Below are positions 16,413 through 25,556 of a stretch of DNA of 64,000 bases, piece by piece. Below the pieces are notes generated by a model. It did no database searches. It saw nothing but the letters and a program-made list of their open reading frames with translations, and was not told where the DNA came from. The stretch is from a bacterium (lineage in GTDB: Bacteria; Bacillota; Clostridia; Christensenellales; Aristaeellaceae): contig CAVERI010000006.1 of NCBI GenBank assembly GCA_963618055.1, forward strand, positions 431 to 64,430, given 5' to 3'. The translations under genes were made by a program, and so were the position numbers. Within the stretch, counting starts at the first letter, position 1, and every line of letters begins with the position of its first letter.

Positions 16413-17315
16413 TTATCCCTTTACCGATCCAATCATTACACCCTTCACGAAATATTTCTGAACGAACGGATACACAATGATAATCGGGGTGGCGGTGATT
16501 ACGATTACCGCGCAGCGCAGGGAGGTGGAGGCGGGTTTTACGTCCATCAGCTCGAACTGTTCGGAGCCGAGCGCCTCAAGGTCGGACACGGAGTTGATGA
16601 TGTTGCGCAGGATGTTCTGCATGGGCAGCTTGGTCGAGGTATTGATGTACAGCATCGCGTCGAACCAGCTGTTCCAGTGTCCCACGGCGTAGAACAGGCC
16701 GATTGTGGCAAGTACGGCCTTGGAGAGGGGCAGCGTCACGCGAATCATGATCTGCGCCTGATTCGCGCCGTCGATCAGTGCGGCTTCCTCAAGGCTTTCC
16801 GGGATGGAATAGAAGAAGTTGCGCATGATGAACATGTTCCACGCGCTTACCATGCCGGGAATGACCATCGACCACAGGGAGTCGATCAGCCCGAACATCT
16901 TCACGACCATATAGGTCGGAATCAGGCCGCCGCTGAACAGCATTGTGAAAAACACCATGCCGTTGACTATCACGCGGCCCTTCAGATACTTCTTGGACAG
17001 GCTGTACGCCATCATGGCCGTGACGATCAGGGAAAGCCCCGTGCCGACGATCGTGCGGAACAGCGTGTTGCCGTAGGCGCGCAGAATGTTTCCGCGGCAC
17101 TCCCACAGGTACTCATAGCTGCCAAGGTCGATCTTCTCCGGCCACAGGATGAACACGCCGCGGCGGGCGATTTCGGCCGCGCTCACGAACGAATTGACCA
17201 CCACGGAGAGAATCGGCACCAGAATCGCGACCATCAGAAGGAGCATAAGGATCACGTTGCACACGCGGAACGCGCGGTATCCGCGGCTGGCGATCCTGCG
17301 TTTTTTCTTTGCCAT
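16413..17315 (-). CDS. carbohydrate ABC transporter permease (LplC/YtcP-like)
   Basis: 300 aa, 6 TM, with an EAA-type loop ESLEEAALIDGANQAQIMIRVTLPL. Confidence 0.9.
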   Translation of the reverse strand: MAKKKRRIASRGYRAFRVCNVILMLLLMVAILVPILSVVVNSFVSAAEIARRGVFILWPEKIDLGSYEYLWECRGNILRAYGNTLFRTIVGTGLSLIVTAMMAYSLSKKYLKGRVIVNGMVFFTMLFSGGLIPTYMVVKMFGLIDSLWSMVIPGMVSAWNMFIMRNFFYSIPESLEEAALIDGANQAQIMIRVTLPLSKAVLATIGLFYAVGHWNSWFDAMLYINTSTKLPMQNILRNIINSVSDLEALGSEQFELMDVKPASTSLRCAVIVITATPIIIVYPFVQKYFVKGVMIGSVKG

Positions 17316-18280
17316 TACCAGATTCCCTCCTGTCCGAGGCGCTTGCAGATGGCATTGGAGCCGAGCACCATCACCATCGCCAGAACGGACGTAAACAGGC
17401 CGACCGCGGTGGAGTAGGAATAGCTCTGGTTCTGAAGACCCTCGCGGTATACGTAGGTGCCGATAACGTCGGCGGTTTCGAGAATGGCGTCGTTATACAG
17501 AAGCAGCACCTTTTCGTAGCCCACGTTCAGCAGGTTGCCCACGTTCAGAATCAGCTGCAGGGAGATCACCGGCAGGATGCCGGGCAGGGTTACGTGCCAC
17601 ATCTTGCGGAACACGCCCGCGCCGTCCAGCTCCGCGGCCTCATACAGGCTGCCGTCCACGCCGGCAATGGCGGCCAGATAGATGATCGTGTTCCAGCCGA
17701 TGGACTGCCACACGCCGGAGGCCACATAAATCGTTCGGAAATACTGCGGCGCGCCGAGAAAATAAACCGGACTTCCGCCAAACAGCGTAATAACTGTATT
17801 GAAAAGGCCGCCATCCGTGCTCAGAAGGCTGCGGATGATGCCCGCGATAATGACGATGGAAAGAAAGTGCGGAAGATAGGAAATCGTCTGCACGAGCTTC
17901 TTAAAGTGCTTGTTCTGGAGCTCGTTGATCAGCAGCGCCAGCAGAATCGCCGACGGGAACGACCACAGAAGCGAATAGAAGCTCAGAAGGAAGGTGTTTC
18001 GCATCAGCCGCCAGAAATAGTACGACGACATAAAGCGCTTAAACCAGTAAAGGCCGAACCATTCGCTGGTGAAAATGCCGCTTACGCCGAAAAACGGCTT
18101 ATAGTTTTGGAAGGAAATGATAATGCCGAAAATTGGCAGATATTTGAACAGGATGAAGTAGGCCACGCCCGGCAGCAAAAGCAGATACAGCAGCCAATCC
18201 CGCTTCAGATAAAACAGCGGCCCCTTGCGGACGCGGAGAGAAGATCTCTTGTCGAGAGCGGAGCTTGTCAATTTGTTCAC
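17315..18280 (-). CDS. carbohydrate ABC transporter permease (LplB/YteP-like)
   Basis: 321 aa, with EAA loop YEAAELDGAGVFRKMWHVTLPG. Its stop overlaps the start of the next permease gene. Confidence 0.9.
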   Translation of the reverse strand: MNKLTSSALDKRSSLRVRKGPLFYLKRDWLLYLLLLPGVAYFILFKYLPIFGIIISFQNYKPFFGVSGIFTSEWFGLYWFKRFMSSYYFWRLMRNTFLLSFYSLLWSFPSAILLALLINELQNKHFKKLVQTISYLPHFLSIVIIAGIIRSLLSTDGGLFNTVITLFGGSPVYFLGAPQYFRTIYVASGVWQSIGWNTIIYLAAIAGVDGSLYEAAELDGAGVFRKMWHVTLPGILPVISLQLILNVGNLLNVGYEKVLLLYNDAILETADVIGTYVYREGLQNQSYSYSTAVGLFTSVLAMVMVLGSNAICKRLGQEGIW

Positions 18281-18303
18281 CTCACACCTTTGATAAATAC
18301 ACT

Positions 18304-18331
18304 CCGGAGGGGAAGCGAGACTCCCCTCCGG
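18304..18331 (-). promoter_or_regulatory. intercistronic stem-loop between the SBP and permease genes
   Basis: CCGGAGGGG (18304-18312) pairs with CCCCTCCGG (18323-18331). This is the classical position for an mRNA-stabilising or partial-termination hairpin after a binding-protein gene. Confidence 0.5.
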
Positions 18332-18353
18332 CTGCGTCCGATCCGGCCGTCAA

Positions 18354-19895
18354 TCAGCCCTCGAACGCTTCCCACTGACGGGTGTACTCGTCGATCCACT
18401 CCTGCAGACCCACGCTGTACAGCTCCTCAATGAACTGGTCGTACTCATCCAGCGAACGCTCGCCGTTGATGAAGCGGAGCGCGTTCTCCTTGTAATAGGT
18501 TTCCACGTCCTGCGCGGAGGGCGCGTTCAGGGAGATGGCTTCCTTGTCGAAGGAGCACTGCCACGTTTCGCCGGGCATGATGCAGGTGGTGCCGCCGCGG
18601 CCCAGCTCGTGCTGCAGCCAGTAGTTGTGCATATCCTGACGGCCATCGTCATAGTACTCGCTGGTCAGAACCTCGGTGGGCAGGCACAGGGAGATAACGA
18701 AGTCGCGGGCATACACGCGGCCGCCCTCAAGGGTAACAACCTTGTTGTTCGCGACGGCGTCGGGATCGCTGGAGTCATACGCCCAGTGCTCGCCCTCGAA
18801 GCCGTAGGTGATGGTGTTGTAGTTATAGGGTTCATACGCCCACGCGCAGAACTTCAGGAACGCTTCCACGTTCTGGCACTTGCTGGAGACCAGCCAGCCG
18901 CTGGTGGAGCGGGTGCCGTTCAGGGTCTGAACCTTCTGACCGTTCGCGCCTACGAGGCCGTCCTCGCAGATGCCGTAGATGTAGGTGCTCTTGCTGAAGT
19001 CGTAGGGCACGTTGGCTTCCAGATTCTTGTTTTCAAGGGTCACGCGGCTGTACCAGTGCGCGGTAGCGCCCACAGCGCCGGACGCGATGTACTGACGGAG
19101 GGTCGTGCCGTCCCACGAGAAGCACTCCTTGTGGAAGATGCCGTCCTCAAACCACTGGTGCATGGTCTCAAGGAAGTCCTTGTAGCCGGGCGCGGTGTAG
19201 AAAGGCATAACCTCGCCCTTCTCGTTGATCCAGTTGCCGCGGCCGGTGGCTACGAAGCCGCCAAGGAAGGTCATTTCCAGATCGGAAACGGAGGAGGTGC
19301 TCAGCGGGATGGTCGCGCCGTTTCCGTAGAAGTCGGCGTCCTTCACGGCGTACAGATAGGTTTCCAGCTCATCGATGGTGGTGGGCATGTCCATGTCCAG
19401 CTTCTCGAGCCAGTCCTGACGGACGAACACGGGATACGCGGCGGTGGAGGTGGCGCGCGGGATGCCCCACACGTTGCCGTTTTCGTCCTGCATGCCCTCA
19501 AGGCAGCCGTCCCACTCCGCCCAGATGTCGTGGAGCTTCTGGTAGTCCTCATTATCGGCATAGTCGTTCAGCTTCTGAATCACGCCGTCCGCGGCGTAGT
19601 CCATCCAGCTGGCGTTCCATACGTCCAGCTGATCGCCGCTGGCCAGCAGCACGGCGAGCTTTTCATCCTCGGAGCCCGACGGGGGCTGAATGACGTCCAC
19701 AACCACGCCGATCTGCTCAAGGATATAGTTCTGCATGTCGGTGTACATGCTCTTATCAGAACCGGTGGCGACGGAGAACGCGCCGTTGTTCATATAAATG
19801 ACAATGCGGGGCGCGTCGGACTCGGCGACGGCGCTGACGAGACCCATCGTCAATACCATTGCGAGCGCGAGGAACAGGGATACGAGCTTCTTCAT
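18354..19895 (-). CDS. large extracellular solute-binding lipoprotein of a carbohydrate ABC importer (LplA-like)
   Basis: The true start is ATG 19895 (MKKLVSLFLALAMVLTMGLVSAVA...), with AAGGAG upstream. The 196-aa Arg/His-rich N-terminal extension in the ORF track (to 20483) overlaps the AraC gene and is rejected. Confidence 0.9.
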   Translation of the reverse strand: MKKLVSLFLALAMVLTMGLVSAVAESDAPRIVIYMNNGAFSVATGSDKSMYTDMQNYILEQIGVVVDVIQPPSGSEDEKLAVLLASGDQLDVWNASWMDYAADGVIQKLNDYADNEDYQKLHDIWAEWDGCLEGMQDENGNVWGIPRATSTAAYPVFVRQDWLEKLDMDMPTTIDELETYLYAVKDADFYGNGATIPLSTSSVSDLEMTFLGGFVATGRGNWINEKGEVMPFYTAPGYKDFLETMHQWFEDGIFHKECFSWDGTTLRQYIASGAVGATAHWYSRVTLENKNLEANVPYDFSKSTYIYGICEDGLVGANGQKVQTLNGTRSTSGWLVSSKCQNVEAFLKFCAWAYEPYNYNTITYGFEGEHWAYDSSDPDAVANNKVVTLEGGRVYARDFVISLCLPTEVLTSEYYDDGRQDMHNYWLQHELGRGGTTCIMPGETWQCSFDKEAISLNAPSAQDVETYYKENALRFINGERSLDEYDQFIEELYSVGLQEWIDEYTRQWEAFEG

Positions 19896-19957
19896 GGAAT
19901 CGATCTCCTTTTCTGAATTTATTATTCCGCTCCGGGGAGCGGCAATAATCGAATGAG

Positions 19958-20803
19958 CTACGCGTCGTTCTCTCCAGACATTAAGGGGCGCGTGCCGCTG
20001 GGCTGATAGGGCTCGCTGCGGAATTCCGCGGGCGTCTTTCCAACCAGCTTTTTGAACGCCTGCGTGAAGTAGGACGCGCTGGAATAGCCGCACTTGCCGG
20101 AAATTTCCGTGATGGTGGAGCCGGTGTTCAGAAGCATGCGCTTGGCCATGTTGATGCGCCGGTCGGCGATGTAGTCCATGACCGTCATGCTGGTCTTGTC
20201 CTTGAAGTAGTGGCACATGTAGTATTTGTCCACGTGCAGATTTTTGCTGATTTCGTCCAGCGAGAGCTTGCCGGAGATGTTGTCGTTTATGTAGGACAGG
20301 ATCTTGTCGATCATGTCGCCCGCGCCCTCGCCTGTGGCGCGCCCGGCGCTGGAGAGCGACAGCAGCCGGAACAGGTCGCTCCACAGAAGGAACGAGTCGT
20401 TTCGCCTTCCCAGACGGTACTGCTCGCAGATGCCCTTGAACAGCGCGTCCGCCTGCTGCGCCTGCTCCTTGCCCAGCACGCAATATTTGCCGCCGTCCCG
20501 GTAAAACAGGCTTTCGATTTCGCTGCTGATGCCCAGCGCCTCGGCGGCGCGCGTCACCGTTTCGGCGGAAAGAATGATCTTGTTTCGCAGGTAGGTCTCC
20601 GGGTCGCGGGGCTTGGTGCTGTGCGTCTCCGTGCCGTCGATCAGGTAAATGCAGCCCGCCGTCATCGGATACAGATTATCGCGAATCAGAACCTGCCCAT
20701 CTCCCGTCAGCGTTTGTATGATTTCCAGACAGTCGGCGTGTGAATGCTGCGTGCTGAGCAGCACATCTTTGCCCAACTGATGGTACTCAAGTTCGTAGAA
20801 CAT
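19958..20803 (-). CDS. AraC-family transcriptional regulator (cupin sensor + HTH)
   Basis: C-terminal double HTH (LSLDEISKNLHVDKYYMCHYFKDKTSMTVMDYIADRRINMAKRML...GYSSASYFTQAFKKLVGKTPAEFR). The start is taken at ATG 20803 (MFYELEYHQ...); the ORF extends to 20872. Confidence 0.85.
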   Translation of the reverse strand: MFYELEYHQLGKDVLLSTQHSHADCLEIIQTLTGDGQVLIRDNLYPMTAGCIYLIDGTETHSTKPRDPETYLRNKIILSAETVTRAAEALGISSEIESLFYRDGGKYCVLGKEQAQQADALFKGICEQYRLGRRNDSFLLWSDLFRLLSLSSAGRATGEGAGDMIDKILSYINDNISGKLSLDEISKNLHVDKYYMCHYFKDKTSMTVMDYIADRRINMAKRMLLNTGSTITEISGKCGYSSASYFTQAFKKLVGKTPAEFRSEPYQPSGTRPLMSGENDA

Positions 20804-21018
20804 GTACGCTTCACCCGTGCATATACTAACATAGCCCGGCGCAAAAAGCAATAAGCATAAAGAAATCGCCAATATTATGATAGCGAATTAATGAATCTTG
20901 CGGTATCATATCCGCAGAGGCTCAGGGAAGCCGATGAGAAGCGCCCGAAGGCGCGAATCTTTCTCCGATAAGAATAAGGAAGCGCGGCATGCCGCGAGAA
21001 ACAGCAGGAGGACAGTTT

Positions 21019-22026
21019 ATGAAGCTACTGAATACCACGCTCATCGAGCGTGCCGGGGAAAACGGCTATCCGTACTATCGGATTCCCGGCATCGTGGCCA
21101 CCGAAAAGGGCACGCTGCTCACCTATTATGAAGCGCGCCACGGCGGCGACTGGGCCGTCATCGATCTGTACGTTCGCCGCTCGACGGACGGCGGGCGCAC
21201 GTGGGAAGCGCGGCAGATGGTGCTTTCCGGCCAGAATAAAAACACCACCAATAACCCGGTGATGATTGTGGACGGCGAGCGCGTGCATCTTCTGTGCCTT
21301 GAAAACTACAAGCGCCTGTTCCACCGCGTGAGCGAGGACGACGGCCTTACGTGGTCGGAGCCCGAGGAAATCACCGACGCGCTGGAAGCGCGCCGCGCGG
21401 AATATCCGTGGACGTGCGCCGCCGTCGGCCCCGGCCACGGTCTGCGCCTGCCCGGCGGACGGCTGATCGCCGCGGTCTGGCTCGCGTCCAACCCCGGCAA
21501 CATTACCGCCCACGGCCCGTCCAAGATTTCCACGCTCTATTCCGACGACCACGGCAAAACGTGGACGCTGGGCGAAATCTTTGAGCCCGAGGGTTCCGTC
21601 AGCCCCAACGAAACCTGCGTCGCCGCGCTGTCGGACGGCCGCGTGATTCTGAACATCCGCTCCCGCAAGCCGGACGGCGCGCCCTATGCCGCGCCGCACT
21701 ACCGCTATATCGCCATCAGCGCCGACGGTTCCGGAAACTGGAACGAAACGTGGCTGGAAAAGCAGCTGCCCGACCCCGCGTGCTGCGGCGGCATGTGCAA
21801 CTTCCCCGGCGGCCTGCTGTTCACCAACTGCGCAAGCTGCATCAGCCGCAGCAACCACACGCTGCGCAAGTCGACCGACGACGGAAAAACGTGGAGCGAG
21901 GCGCTTATGTACGACCCGCTGGCCGGCTATTCGGACTGCATCTACAACCCCGCGACCGGCACGGCGTTCGTCGCCTACGAGCACGAGCACGAGTCGGAGA
22001 TTCGCGTCAGCGAAATCGAATTATAA
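21019..22026 (+). CDS. nanH: GH33 exo-alpha-sialidase, catalytic domain only, no signal peptide
   Basis: YRIPG (RIP motif) plus four Asp boxes (STDGGRTW, SEDDGLTW, SDDHGKTW, STDDGKTW). ATG 21019 is preceded by AGGAGG. The N-terminus MKLLNTTLIERAGENGYPYY has no hydrophobic leader. Confidence 0.9.
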   Translation: MKLLNTTLIERAGENGYPYYRIPGIVATEKGTLLTYYEARHGGDWAVIDLYVRRSTDGGRTWEARQMVLSGQNKNTTNNPVMIVDGERVHLLCLENYKRLFHRVSEDDGLTWSEPEEITDALEARRAEYPWTCAAVGPGHGLRLPGGRLIAAVWLASNPGNITAHGPSKISTLYSDDHGKTWTLGEIFEPEGSVSPNETCVAALSDGRVILNIRSRKPDGAPYAAPHYRYIAISADGSGNWNETWLEKQLPDPACCGGMCNFPGGLLFTNCASCISRSNHTLRKSTDDGKTWSEALMYDPLAGYSDCIYNPATGTAFVAYEHEHESEIRVSEIEL

Positions 22027-22041
22027 GGATGGGAATGTACT

Positions 22042-22932
22042 ATGGAAATTAAAGGCCTGATTCCGGCAATGGCAACCCCGATGCATGCGGACGGTTCTCT
22101 GAATCTGGACGGCGTGAAGCCGCTGGTAGACAAGCTGCTGGCCATGGGCGCGTATGGCGTGTTCGCTGTGGGCAGCATGGGCGAGGCCGCGTCGCTGAGC
22201 CTTGAGGAGCGGATGCAGGTCGTTCGCGCCACCGTGAAGGCCGTGAACGGCCGCGCGCCGGTGCTGGCCGGAACAGGCTTCGTGACCACCGCGGAGACCA
22301 TCCGCATGACCAAAATGTGCGAGGGCGAGGGCGTGGCCGCCGTGTCCGTCATCACGCCCAGCTATTGGAAAATGTCGCAGGAGGCGCTGTACCGGCACTA
22401 CGCGTCCGTCATTCACGCCACCACCCTGCCCGTGTTCGCCTACAACCTGCCGCAGAACACCGGCAACAACCTCGACCCCGAAACCGTCGGCAGGCTCTAC
22501 CGGCAGGAAGGCCTCGCGGGCGCGAAGGACAGCTGCGCCGTGTGGGAAAACACCAAGGGCTATATGGATCAGGTGGACGACGGCTTCTGCATGCTCGTCG
22601 GCGAGGACACGCTGTGCCTTGAGGGTCTGAAGTACGGCTCCAAGGGCTCGATCTCCGCACCGTCCAACGCGTATACCTACGTCATGGCGGCCATCTACAA
22701 CCGCTTCGTGGCCGGCGACCTCGCGGGCGCGCAGCAGGCGCAGGACGACTGGAACTTCATCATCAAGCGCTTTAACGCCACCGGCGCGTTCCCCGGCTCG
22801 TTCAAGCTCACCACCAGCCGCCTGACCAGCGACGTGGGCCCCGCCCGCGCCCCCGTGCTCCCCGCGGACGAAGTGAAGTTCAGCGAGCTGCTCCCCGAGC
22901 TGGAAGCCGTCGCCGCGAAGTATCGCCCGTAA
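22042..22932 (+). CDS. nanA: DapA-family class I aldolase, probable N-acetylneuraminate lyase
   Basis: GLIPAMATPM..., GSMGEAASLSLEER, and Schiff-base lysine context LAGAKDSC. It lies 15 nt downstream of the sialidase gene. Confidence 0.75.
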   Translation: MEIKGLIPAMATPMHADGSLNLDGVKPLVDKLLAMGAYGVFAVGSMGEAASLSLEERMQVVRATVKAVNGRAPVLAGTGFVTTAETIRMTKMCEGEGVAAVSVITPSYWKMSQEALYRHYASVIHATTLPVFAYNLPQNTGNNLDPETVGRLYRQEGLAGAKDSCAVWENTKGYMDQVDDGFCMLVGEDTLCLEGLKYGSKGSISAPSNAYTYVMAAIYNRFVAGDLAGAQQAQDDWNFIIKRFNATGAFPGSFKLTTSRLTSDVGPARAPVLPADEVKFSELLPELEAVAAKYRP

Positions 22933-22949
22933 TTCCATTTATACCAAAG

Positions 22950-22982
22950 GAAGAAGCGACCGACCGACGCTTCTTCTTTTAT
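22950..22982 (+). terminator. intrinsic terminator after nanA
   Basis: GAAGAAGCG (22950-22958) pairs with CGCTTCTTC (22968-22976), followed by TTTTAT. Confidence 0.75.
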
Positions 22983-23016
22983 CGAGACAGATGGCTCTTG
23001 AGGGGAGGGTGATTGA

Positions 23017-23310
23017 ATGATCGGCATGTCAATCGGCGAATTTATGGATAAAATTTATTATGGTGATGAAATTGAGTTCCAGTACAATCGCACCACTTAT
23101 TTCGTTCAAGGAAATTATGTCGACGGCAAATACACCTTGACGGTCGATTATTGGAGCGCCGCCGATGGAACCGAGCCTGAACATGAGTATCTTCTGGTTC
23201 TTGAATGCAGCAGCGCGGAAGAACGCATGCAAAAGTTCGAGGAGGCGAAGATTTTCGAAGGGAAAGGCATTTATGAAATAGAATCCGCCGTCAAAGTACA
23301 GTTCGGATAA
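23017..23310 (+). CDS. small hypothetical protein (97 aa), low-GC orphan gene
   Basis: GGAGGG lies 7 nt upstream of ATG 23017. The gene has its own terminator and a visibly lower G+C than its neighbours. I recognise no motif. Confidence 0.6.
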   Translation: MIGMSIGEFMDKIYYGDEIEFQYNRTTYFVQGNYVDGKYTLTVDYWSAADGTEPEHEYLLVLECSSAEERMQKFEEAKIFEGKGIYEIESAVKVQFG

Positions 23311-23314
23311 GACG

Positions 23315-23354
23315 ACAGAGAAGCAGGGTAGACGCTCTGCTTCTCTGTATTTTT
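23315..23354 (+). terminator. intrinsic terminator of the 97-aa gene
   Basis: ACAGAGAAGCAG (23315-23326) pairs with CTGCTTCTCTGT (23337-23348), followed by ATTTTT. Confidence 0.8.
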
Positions 23355-24039
23355 AATCGAGATATTCTTCCAGCGTAATTCCCGCGCGGTAGATTTCCGT
23401 GGCAGCCTCGATGCCGACGTAGCGGTAGTGCCACGGCTCGTAGTTGATGCCGGTAATCTCGGCCTTATTGCCGGGATAGCGCTGGATGAAGCCGTATTTG
23501 TGCGCGTTTTTGCGCAGCCACGCGTACTGGGACGTGGTTTCGAAGCCGCTGCCGTCGTTCTGCGCGGTCACGTCGAAGCACAGTCCGGTCTGGTGCTCAC
23601 TCGCGCCCGGCTTCTGGGCGTAGCCCTGCTTGCTTTCCTTGTAGATTTCCTCCTGCCGCGCGTAGCTTCGGTAGCCGCTGGTGATGATGAAGCCGTTCAC
23701 GTTTTCGGCCTCGGCGGCGGCGAACATTTCCTGCGCGGCCTCGTAGGCCACGCGCGTCAGCTCGATGCTGGTGTTGGCCAGCCGGAACGAATGCCGCATC
23801 GTGTACAGGTTCACCAGCTCGTCGGGCACGTAATCCGCCGGAAGCGGATTCGCCTCGTTCACCAGCAGAATGTTCTGCCGCCCGCGGCGCGACTGCCCGC
23901 CCACGCGATACCCGGCGTAAAAGCTGAGAAGCGCGATTGCCAGCGTCACCGCCACATACATGTACAGCCTGCGCTGCATCCGTTTGCGCCGCGCCCGCCG
24001 CTTTTCCGCCGCCGCGGCGCGCATGTCCACTTGTGCCAT
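23353..24039 (-). CDS. VanY/M15B-family D-alanyl-D-alanine carboxypeptidase, membrane-anchored
   Basis: The true start is ATG 24039 (MAQVDMRAAAAEKRR...), followed by a TM (LYMYVAVTLAIALLSFYAGY). Motifs are SGYRSYARQ, SEHQTGLCFDV and YEPWHYRYVG. The upstream 114-aa extension in the track is Arg-rich and rejected. Confidence 0.85.
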   Translation of the reverse strand: MAQVDMRAAAAEKRRARRKRMQRRLYMYVAVTLAIALLSFYAGYRVGGQSRRGRQNILLVNEANPLPADYVPDELVNLYTMRHSFRLANTSIELTRVAYEAAQEMFAAAEAENVNGFIITSGYRSYARQEEIYKESKQGYAQKPGASEHQTGLCFDVTAQNDGSGFETTSQYAWLRKNAHKYGFIQRYPGNKAEITGINYEPWHYRYVGIEAATEIYRAGITLEEYLD

Positions 24040-24071
24040 TTCACTTTCCTCTTTCGCGCGAGTCTTCCTCG

Positions 24072-25526
24072 TCAGGTCTTCGGCACGATCATATCCCAGT
24101 CGGATATGCCGTCCACGGCGACGAGCCAGTTCAGCGCGTAGTGGCGCTCGTACACAACATCGTGATCCGGCTTTACGCCGGTGAACGCCGCGTCGCCCTC
24201 GCGCACGCACACGCTGTGCAGGCGATAGGTCACGTCGTGCATGTTCAGAATATCGTTCAGCGGGCGGGGACGCGCCAAGCGCAGAAGCGTTTCGGTGTCC
24301 GCGTCGCGAATCACGCGCGCGATGGCGGCCACATCGGCGCGCCCGGACGGCCAGTCCAGCTCGTACATGCGCAGCGCCCACAAAAGCACCGCGCAGTCCT
24401 CAAAGCGCGTCAGGTAGGTTTCGTGCAGGGATTCGGGCGAGCGCACCACGTACTCCGCCTCCTTGGCGGTGAACAGGCGGTTCACGCCGTATTGCGTGTC
24501 GAGCTTTTTAATCGCGTTAAGCGACCACGCGGCGGGCGCGGCGACCTCGCGGGGCGAGGTGTAGGCCTGCGCCTTGACCGCGCAGGCGAACAGCGCCGCC
24601 ATGCGGCCGATGATTTCCTCCGGCGTGCGCAGACGCGCGTCGGCCTCCCGCGCCTGAACGGGCATGTCCAGCCGCGCGGCCTCCACGCCGTGCTTTTTCA
24701 GAATCGCGATGCTGCGGTGCATGCGCGCTTCGTCCGCGGCGGCGGCCTCGGCGGGATTGTTCACCGTAAGCCCGCGGCGAATGGGCATGAACACGGAGAA
24801 GTCCGTGCGGCCGTCGGGCGCGATTACCAGCCTGCGATCCCAGCGGTACATTTCCATGCTCTCGTTCACCACGAAGCCGCGCAGGGGCTCTGCGGCGGCG
24901 TACACGGCGTCCGCGAATTTCGCGGCGTCGTCCTCGGTATACGGCGGCGTCAGCGTGCACTCCACGCGGGTGTTGAACAGCTCAATCTGCATCATCGCGG
25001 CGTTCCATACGTCGCGGTCAGCCGGGAACGTGTCGGCAAAGCGCGTCTTCAGATAGCCCGCCTGCTCGCGCACGAAGTCCAGCTCGGTGCGCACGGCGCA
25101 GATAACCCGGCCGCCGGAGGGCAGCGTGCCCTCGAAGCCGTCCGAACTCTCGTTGAGTGCGCGGAAATGCGCGATCAGCTGCGGGCGCATGGGCGTGCGA
25201 ACATCGTGCGGCTCGTCCAGACAGGCGTACAGCCACAGGCACAGGCTCTCCTGCCGCGGCTCCGGTTCCTCCTTGGGCTCCGCCGGCGCTTCCTCGGAGA
25301 GCGGCGTTTCCTCGTTCTCGTTCGCTTCCTCGGCGGGCGCGTCCTCGGGCTTTGCTTCCTCGGAGGGTGTTTCCTCGGCGGCGGGCTCGGGCTGCGGCGC
25401 GGGTGCCTCCGGCTGAACCTCGTCCTGCAGAGGCTCGTCGCTTTCGTCGCTCAGAAAGGCCTCGTCGCTGGTCATGGCGATGCGTTTTTTTCGGGAGAAG
25501 AGCTTACTGAAGAGCTTGATTGCCAT
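24072..25526 (-). CDS. hypothetical protein: N-terminal amphipathic helix, about 80-aa acidic Pro/Glu-rich linker, and a C-terminal globular region (possibly DUF4272-like)
   Basis: AAGGAGA lies 8 nt upstream. MAIKLFSKLFSRKKR is followed by DESDEPLQDEVQPEAPAPQPEPAAEETPSEEAKPEDAPAEEANENEETPLSEEAPAEPKEEPEP. The C-terminal ...ERHYALNWLV...WD resembles DUF4272 from memory only. Confidence 0.7.
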   Translation of the reverse strand: MAIKLFSKLFSRKKRIAMTSDEAFLSDESDEPLQDEVQPEAPAPQPEPAAEETPSEEAKPEDAPAEEANENEETPLSEEAPAEPKEEPEPRQESLCLWLYACLDEPHDVRTPMRPQLIAHFRALNESSDGFEGTLPSGGRVICAVRTELDFVREQAGYLKTRFADTFPADRDVWNAAMMQIELFNTRVECTLTPPYTEDDAAKFADAVYAAAEPLRGFVVNESMEMYRWDRRLVIAPDGRTDFSVFMPIRRGLTVNNPAEAAAADEARMHRSIAILKKHGVEAARLDMPVQAREADARLRTPEEIIGRMAALFACAVKAQAYTSPREVAAPAAWSLNAIKKLDTQYGVNRLFTAKEAEYVVRSPESLHETYLTRFEDCAVLLWALRMYELDWPSGRADVAAIARVIRDADTETLLRLARPRPLNDILNMHDVTYRLHSVCVREGDAAFTGVKPDHDVVYERHYALNWLVAVDGISDWDMIVPKT

Positions 25527-25556
25527 ATTCGCGTTCTCCTTTGTATCGGTTTTCGG

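Noticed and set aside
19896-20483. N-terminal 196-aa extension of the solute-binding-protein ORF (track entry 18354..20483).
   Set aside because: The extension is Arg/His/Gln-rich and overlaps the AraC gene. A canonical lipoprotein-type signal peptide with an AAGGAG RBS begins at ATG 19895. Similar over-extended track ORFs were trimmed for pta (39566..41665), vanY, the deacetylase, GH32, tyrA, aroB and azlD.
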